The notes under the pieces: model-generated
What the model was told of the DNA's origin: nothing
Seen by the model: only the letters and a program-made list of their open reading frames with translations
Database searches by the model: none
From: Pyrinomonadaceae bacterium
GTDB lineage: Bacteria; Acidobacteriota; Blastocatellia; Pyrinomonadales; Pyrinomonadaceae
NCBI GenBank assembly: GCA_035257465.1
Contig: DATEXA010000239.1
Span: 3,809 to 67,808 of the forward strand
Length of the DNA stretch: 64,000 nucleotides
Direction of reading: 5' to 3'
Shown here: piece by piece, positions 58,906-64,000 of the stretch
How the letters are laid out: each line of letters begins with the position of its first letter
Position numbering within the stretch: the stretch's first letter is position 1
Program-made: the position numbers and the translations under genes

Positions 58906-60191
58906 GCCAAGAACCCGACCTCATGCAAACGGAAAGTACTCGCACGAATCGCGTTAAGACACGGAGCGCAAAGACTGGAGTGATCGTTGTTCTCGCGGTG
59001 GTGGCTATTGGAGTGGTAGCGTTACTTCTCTGGTTATTCATTCCCCGAGGTAGCGTCGGCCGGCCAGTACCGGCGCCACGAGACATTGGCCCAGATCAAA
59101 CTATTAACCAGCCCGGTTCCGGAGAGTCGACCCTAACGTTAACTCCCGAACAAGTTCATAGCTCTGGCATCAAGATTGAAACTGTGGGCGAGCGTGTCTC
59201 GACTGCCAAAACGGGTCAACCAACAACCGGCATCGTTCAGCCTAACTCGTATCGCGAAACACCAGTGATGTCGCTCGTTGGCGGGATTGTGCGCAGTGTT
59301 GGACCGGAACTAGGTGAGAGTGTGCGCAAAGGTCAAACAATCGCCGTGGTCTCGAGTAACGATCTTGCTGACGCTCAAACGAAATATCTTGCGGCCTTCG
59401 CTGAATTGGACGAGCACCACAAGCATCATGCTCGTACTGAAAAGTTAGTTGAGATTGGTGCGGCCAGCCGTCAGGAGTTGGAAATGGCTGCGAGCAAGTT
59501 GAAAGCGGCGGAATCGGACGTGGCCAATCTACGTCAACGCCTTTTGCTTCTGGGCTTAAGTGCTCAGCGTGTCAGCGCGTTGCGTTCGACGGCACAGGTC
59601 AGTTCGGAAGTAAGCCTAACTGCACCGGCGTCCGGTACTGTGACAAGTCGCACCGTAAATCCTGGCGAGGTCATCGAGGCCAACAAAGAGTTACTTCGAA
59701 TCACGGATCTATCCAGTGTGTGGGTAGTGGGACAAGTTTATGAAAAGGATCTCGGAAAGGTTCATGTCGGGAGCGGAGCAAGCATCACTACCGACGCCTT
59801 TCCGGGTCGTGTTTTTCGTGGCCGGGTATCCTATGTTGATCCGAAAATTGATCAGCAGACTCGAACGGCGCAGACGCGAATTGAACTAGCGAACCTTGGT
59901 CAGCAACTCAAGCTTGGCATGTACGTCAATGTAGCTTTCGCCTCCCTCGGAGCAGCCGAATCAACTGTACCTGTTGTACCAACAGGCGCCGTGCAGAACG
60001 TCGCTAGCCAACAAGTGGTTTTCGTTGCCGCGAACGATGCGAATATCTTTTCTATGCGGCCCGTGCGTCTTGGGCCTGAGAGCAATGGCTACTATCTGGT
60101 GCTGGAAGGTTTGAACGTCGGCAATCGGATTGTCACCGAGGGCAGCTTCATGCTTCGTGCTGAATGGTTGAAGTCTCATCCAAACAACTAA
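58902..60191 (+). CDS. Efflux RND periplasmic adaptor (CzcB/CusB-like)
   Basis: ATGA start/stop overlap with the upstream gene, the TM anchor 'VIVVLAVVAIGVVALLLWLF', a coiled-coil hairpin and 'APASGTVTSRTVNPGEVI'. Confidence 0.88.
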   Translation: MSQEPDLMQTESTRTNRVKTRSAKTGVIVVLAVVAIGVVALLLWLFIPRGSVGRPVPAPRDIGPDQTINQPGSGESTLTLTPEQVHSSGIKIETVGERVSTAKTGQPTTGIVQPNSYRETPVMSLVGGIVRSVGPELGESVRKGQTIAVVSSNDLADAQTKYLAAFAELDEHHKHHARTEKLVEIGAASRQELEMAASKLKAAESDVANLRQRLLLLGLSAQRVSALRSTAQVSSEVSLTAPASGTVTSRTVNPGEVIEANKELLRITDLSSVWVVGQVYEKDLGKVHVGSGASITTDAFPGRVFRGRVSYVDPKIDQQTRTAQTRIELANLGQQLKLGMYVNVAFASLGAAESTVPVVPTGAVQNVASQQVVFVAANDANIFSMRPVRLGPESNGYYLVLEGLNVGNRIVTEGSFMLRAEWLKSHPNN

Positions 60192-60229
60192 TGACGATAT
60201 CGAGGCTAATGACGATATCGAGGCTAATA
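60188..60229. repeat. 18-bp tandem duplication (2.3 copies) spanning the adaptor gene stop codon
   Basis: ctaatgacgatatcgagg occurs at 60188-60205 and again at 60206-60223, followed by the partial copy ctaata. Confidence 0.8.
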
Positions 60230-60275
60230 ACACCGTTCAGTAAATTCTTGGGTTCAGGTGGAGATCTGAGTGCAC

Positions 60276-62486
60276 TCAGTATGGCAATGGCTCTGTGACG
60301 ATGCTGAGAGACCTGTTCTCAAACTCAAGTTGGGCATCAAATCTCTTTTCGCCTTCAAGCTGCTTCACGCGAACATAAGTCCCGTCTGCGCGAAGTTCTC
60401 TCGCATTGACGTTGTCCTTCAAATAAGAGTTCAAAACCGTATCCCGCAGAAACTGCCTCAGGCGTGGGTCTTTTATTGGCACCAGTACTTCAACCCTGCG
60501 GCTCAAATTCCGATACATCCAATCAGCACTGCCTATGAACATTTCTTCTTTGCCATTGTTTCCAAAATAGAACAGTCTGCTGTGTTCCAGGAAACGTCCG
60601 ACAATGCTCCGCACGCGAATGTTGGCAGAAACGTCAGGTATTCCGGGTCTCAACATGCAGATGCCGCGCACGATCAGATCGATGGATACTCCAGCCTCTG
60701 AGGCGTTATAGAGAGATCGGATCAACGCGAGATCTGTGAGGCTGTTTATCTTCGCGATGATTCGCGCGGGGCGGCCCGCTTTGGCGTGCGCCGTTTCGCG
60801 CTGAATTAATTTGAGTGTGCGCTTTCTCAGATTAAGAGGGGCCACAAGCAAACAGTTGTAGTCTTCATATTCTGAGAAGCCAGTAAGTGAATTGAACAGG
60901 TTAGTCGCGTCGTTTGCAATTTCCTCGTCAACAGTGAAAACCGCCAGGTCGGTATAAATACGTGATGTAGTGGGATTGTAATTGCCGGTGCCGAGATGAA
61001 CGTAGCGCTGTAGCTCTGTACCTTCACGCCGGACAACCAGGGTGAGTTTGCAATGAGTTTTCAAGCCAACCATGCCATAGACGACATGAACGCCTGCTTG
61101 TTCCAGACGCCTTGCCCACTCAATGTTGCTTTCCTCATCAAAGCGGGCTTTTAGTTCGACCAGCGCGGCAACTTGTTTTCCACTTTCGGCGGCATCGATT
61201 AAAGCTTTCACGATGGGCGAGTTGCGACCCGTGCGGTAGAGGCAGATCTTGATTGCAACTACATCCGGATCCTTCGCGGCGGCATTAATAAAATTCGTCA
61301 CTGTCGCGTAAGCAGTATATGGATGATGCAAGAGAACATCCTGTCGCGTGAGAGAGGCAAAAATCTCTTCGCCCTTTCCGAACGCTGCTGGAGTAGTCAG
61401 CTTTAAAGGTTGGTCCTTCAATTCCGGCCGATCGAGATCATACAACTGCATCAGATCCGGGATATTGAAAGGCCCATCTATGACATAAACGTCGTCAGCA
61501 GTTAATTCCAGGGACTCCGCCAGGGACGTGACCATCTCCTTCGGCATTGTCGCAGCAACTTCCAGTCTGACTGCATCACCAAATCTCATGCGCCTGACAT
61601 GCTGCTGCATCGTTCTCAACAAATCGCTTGCTTCGTCTTCCTTGATCTCGAAATCCGCATCGCGTGTCACACGAAACAGGTGACACTTACTGGTCCGCAT
61701 GTTGGGAAAGAGTGTCTCGATGTTTGCTGCAACCAAACTGCCCAGAAAAGTAAAAGTATTTCCTTTGTCGTCGATTGGTATTAGCCGCGGAACCATTGGA
61801 GGTAATTTGATGCGAGCGAACCGAGCGGCTTTGGGAACACCGGACGGATCCAATCGCTTAACCTGTGACGGCGAAACCATTAGCCCAAGATTAAGACTGA
61901 GGTTCGAAACGTACGGGAAGGGATGGCCCGGATCGACTGCTTGTGGAGTTAAGATCGGAAATACATTGTGAAGAAAATAGGTGTTTGCGTACTTTCGCTC
62001 TCGCTTCGAAAGGTCCCCATAACGTCGAATAATTAAGTCGTTCTCAGCAAGCGCTGGGAGAATCTGCTCTTTCAAACAACGCATTTGAAGTTCCAGTAAC
62101 GGCTTTAACTTCGCGCGAATAGCTTTTAGCTGGTCAGCGGCAGTTAGACCGTCCGGTGAGCGCTCCCCGAAGCCACCTTCGACCGTCTCCTGTAAACCGG
62201 AGACACGTATCATAAAGAACTCGTCCAGGTTCGAAGAAAATATTGCCAGAAATTTCAATCGCTCAAGAAGGGGGTGTCTCGGGTCCAACGCCTCCTCTAA
62301 GACTCGTCGATTGAACTCTATCCAACTGAGCTCACGGTTAATTAATAAGTGTTTTTGTTGTCGAAGATTCCGAGCTTTGCTGCGATTGGAGGAAACTTTA
62401 TCGTTCGTCTTCGATTTTACTCTACTTGTGGAGATCGCCATGTCTGAATGTATCGTGGAGTTCGCTGGTTTGAATTGTGGCAGCAC
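60276..62486 (-). CDS. ppk1: Polyphosphate kinase 1
   Basis: 'LINRELSWIEFNRRVLEEA', 'FLAIFSSNLDEFFMIRV', 'LLHHPY', 'KTHCKLTLVVRRE' and 'GTGNYN' are PPK1 hallmarks. Several alternative Met starts lie near the 5' end. Confidence 0.95.
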   Translation of the reverse strand: MLPQFKPANSTIHSDMAISTSRVKSKTNDKVSSNRSKARNLRQQKHLLINRELSWIEFNRRVLEEALDPRHPLLERLKFLAIFSSNLDEFFMIRVSGLQETVEGGFGERSPDGLTAADQLKAIRAKLKPLLELQMRCLKEQILPALAENDLIIRRYGDLSKRERKYANTYFLHNVFPILTPQAVDPGHPFPYVSNLSLNLGLMVSPSQVKRLDPSGVPKAARFARIKLPPMVPRLIPIDDKGNTFTFLGSLVAANIETLFPNMRTSKCHLFRVTRDADFEIKEDEASDLLRTMQQHVRRMRFGDAVRLEVAATMPKEMVTSLAESLELTADDVYVIDGPFNIPDLMQLYDLDRPELKDQPLKLTTPAAFGKGEEIFASLTRQDVLLHHPYTAYATVTNFINAAAKDPDVVAIKICLYRTGRNSPIVKALIDAAESGKQVAALVELKARFDEESNIEWARRLEQAGVHVVYGMVGLKTHCKLTLVVRREGTELQRYVHLGTGNYNPTTSRIYTDLAVFTVDEEIANDATNLFNSLTGFSEYEDYNCLLVAPLNLRKRTLKLIQRETAHAKAGRPARIIAKINSLTDLALIRSLYNASEAGVSIDLIVRGICMLRPGIPDVSANIRVRSIVGRFLEHSRLFYFGNNGKEEMFIGSADWMYRNLSRRVEVLVPIKDPRLRQFLRDTVLNSYLKDNVNARELRADGTYVRVKQLEGEKRFDAQLEFENRSLSIVTEPLPY

Positions 62487-62810
62487 CCTTTTATGCGAGA
62501 CATGTTACAGGATAATGAATAACGAAAGTATAGCAACTCGATTCGACCGAGCGGCGCGCAGTAGTTTTCAGGGTTTTCGCAGCAGAGGTTAATAGTCTTT
62601 ATCGGTCCTCTGCTCAAGAAGCTTAACGAAGGCGAATCGCAGGATTGCCCGGTTAGACGCTGCATTCGTTTCCATCAGCAGAGGTGGACCATTACCGTCG
62701 CGCAGCACGAATTAAGCCCACACCCAGGGAGAGCACCGACGCAGCAAGAAACAATGCGCCAACGTATATCAACTCCTTCCAACGTTGAACTATTCGCTGG
62801 AGCTCCTTCT

Positions 62811-63233
62811 CTATTGCAGGGCTGAAAAGCTCGTCGGATCCATGAAGTATCGGTCGATATGATCCACGAGTGGTCCGTTAGCCTCGGACTCCGCCTTCAC
62901 CTTCTGCCATTCCTTATCGGCTTGGAAACCGGCCCAGTTCTTCTCCGCTTCCTGACGGCTCGGATGCTCCAGAATGTAGATGAACAGGTTCTGAGAATCC
63001 GGCGCATCTTCAGGTGACCAATAACCAACGCTCTTCATATTGTGTCTCTTGAAGATCGCGTCTGTGTGATCACCAAACCGAGCTTTGAGTGCGTCCACCT
63101 TACCTTCCTTAACGTGATACAGGCGTAGTTCGTATACGTGGTGTGGAGTTTTTTTATCGGAGCCGCTGAGTCCGCTCAAGCCGAGCATCACCGCACCTCC
63201 GCAAAGAAAAGTTAGAACATGGGATGCGTTCAT
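62811..63233 (-). CDS. NIPSNAP-family protein with signal peptide
   Basis: 'YELRLYHVKEGKVDALKARFGDHTDAIFKRHNMKSVGYWSP' and 'FIYILEHPSRQEAEKNWAGF'. Confidence 0.8.
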   Translation of the reverse strand: MNASHVLTFLCGGAVMLGLSGLSGSDKKTPHHVYELRLYHVKEGKVDALKARFGDHTDAIFKRHNMKSVGYWSPEDAPDSQNLFIYILEHPSRQEAEKNWAGFQADKEWQKVKAESEANGPLVDHIDRYFMDPTSFSALQ

Positions 63234-63363
63234 GATTGTCCTTTCAAAAAGCTTTAATTAACGTAGAGACTTCAACGAAGCGCGCAACTCGGTCCCCAAA
63301 AATCCCCGCTGGTCCAACGGCGCGTCCTGCGCATTCCGCCAAGACACGCCCAGCCAAGAATCG

Positions 63364-64000
63364 TTAGGACGTTTGCGCTTCGGCCTTTGCACTCCGGATT
63401 GCGGCGGCCTCGATGATGTCCGCGACGACCTGCGGGTTAGACACGTAGATGGCGTGGCTACCACCGACCTCTCTAACAGTTGAACCGGCGCGTTGCGACA
63501 TAAATTGCTGTGCCGGCGGCGGTATCATCTTGTCCTCGGTGACGAGTAGGTACCAACTCGGCTTAGTTCTCCATGCGGGTGTGCTAACGATTCCATTGAG
63601 AGCGTCCAATCCCCAGGGCACCTGTGAGTTCGCCATGAACTCAGCTTTCTCGGGCGATACGTCTCCGGCGAAGCTTTCGGCAAATCTTGCTTTATCCAAC
63701 ATGAGAAAGCCGTCTACGGGCGGCAGGATCGGCGGCACGGGCGCACCGGGCGCAGGATTTGCGATCAGCGTCCCGACGGACTCCTCCGCATCCGGAGCGA
63801 AAGCCGTAATGTAAACGAGCGTCTCAACGATGGGATGATTGCCCGCTTCGGAAATAACAACCCCGCCATATGAATGGCCGACAAGAATTACAGGACCATC
63901 CTGGGCATCGAGTACTGCTCGCGTCGCAGTGACGTCGCCAGTTAGCGATATGGTTGGGTTCTGCACAACGCTTACGTTGTAACCGTCATTCTTAAGTATG
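63364..64000 (-). CDS. Alpha/beta hydrolase (partial; N-terminus beyond the window edge)
   Basis: Nucleophile elbow 'VILVGHSYGGVVISEAG'. The frame stays open upstream of the listed Met to position 64000 ('LKNDGYNVSVVQNP'). Confidence 0.8.
   Translation of the reverse strand, partial: ILKNDGYNVSVVQNPTISLTGDVTATRAVLDAQDGPVILVGHSYGGVVISEAGNHPIVETLVYITAFAPDAEESVGTLIANPAPGAPVPPILPPVDGFLMLDKARFAESFAGDVSPEKAEFMANSQVPWGLDALNGIVSTPAWRTKPSWYLLVTEDKMIPPPAQQFMSQRAGSTVREVGGSHAIYVSNPQVVADIIEAAAIRSAKAEAQTS

Noticed and set aside
60188-60229. Considered as a possible CRISPR or other spaced-repeat array.
   Set aside because: The copies are directly abutting with no spacers, there are only 2.3 units, and no cas genes are present.
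62690-62810. Hydrophobic micro-ORF ('...LIYVGALFLAASVLSLGVGLIRAARR') just downstream of the NIPSNAP gene, with two GAAGGAG-like motifs nearby.
   Set aside because: No start codon lies at a workable distance from either Shine-Dalgarno-like motif. The candidate TTG abuts the motif directly.

Overview
This 64-kb window looks like ordinary chromosomal DNA with densely packed genes. I saw no rRNA, tRNA, CRISPR array, transposase, integrase or phage genes. By inference only, the gene content suggests a soil Acidobacteriota-like genome: CadC-type winged-helix regulators fused to TolB-like propellers, large GAF/PAS sigma-54 activators, ECF sigma factors, and TPR and VWA proteins. Main blocks, in order: (1) 0.3-1.2 kb, decayed signalling-gene remnants. 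(2) 1.3-11 kb, housekeeping and stress enzymes: methyltransferases, an alkaline phosphatase, two YciI-like proteins, a STAS protein, an FMN reductase, a MOSC protein and an aldo/keto reductase. (3) 11.2-17.4 kb, a multidrug-type (HAE1) RND efflux operon with two copies of a roughly 100-nt palindromic repeat in its intergenic gaps. (4) 18.9-30.2 kb, a regulatory island. It holds two sigma-54 enhancer-binding proteins, two paralogous STAS proteins lacking the phosphorylatable serine, and two ECF sigma factors. It also holds a soluble RsrA-like zinc anti-sigma gene in tail-to-tail overlap with its presumed sigma gene, a TPR protein, and two small secreted proteins, one behind a good -24/-12 promoter. 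(5) 31.07-31.26 kb, a MITE-like element. (6) 33-39.3 kb and 53.3-60.2 kb, two heavy-metal RND efflux operons, each preceded by a small Cys-containing membrane or secreted protein. (7) 39.5-44.2 kb, a CadC/TolB-like regulator, a small secreted protein and a di-heme cytochrome c peroxidase (MauG-superfamily) protein. (8) 44.5-44.9 kb and 48.2-48.5 kb, further gene-fragment graveyards. (9) A cNMP-domain histidine kinase paired with a response regulator fused to a thioredoxin-reductase-like domain that lacks CxxC. (10) ppk1, a NIPSNAP protein and a partial alpha/beta hydrolase at the right edge. The best candidate for something undescribed is the STAS / sigma-54 activator / ECF sigma / soluble zinc anti-sigma island. 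All functional calls rest on motif recognition by eye. No database search was run.
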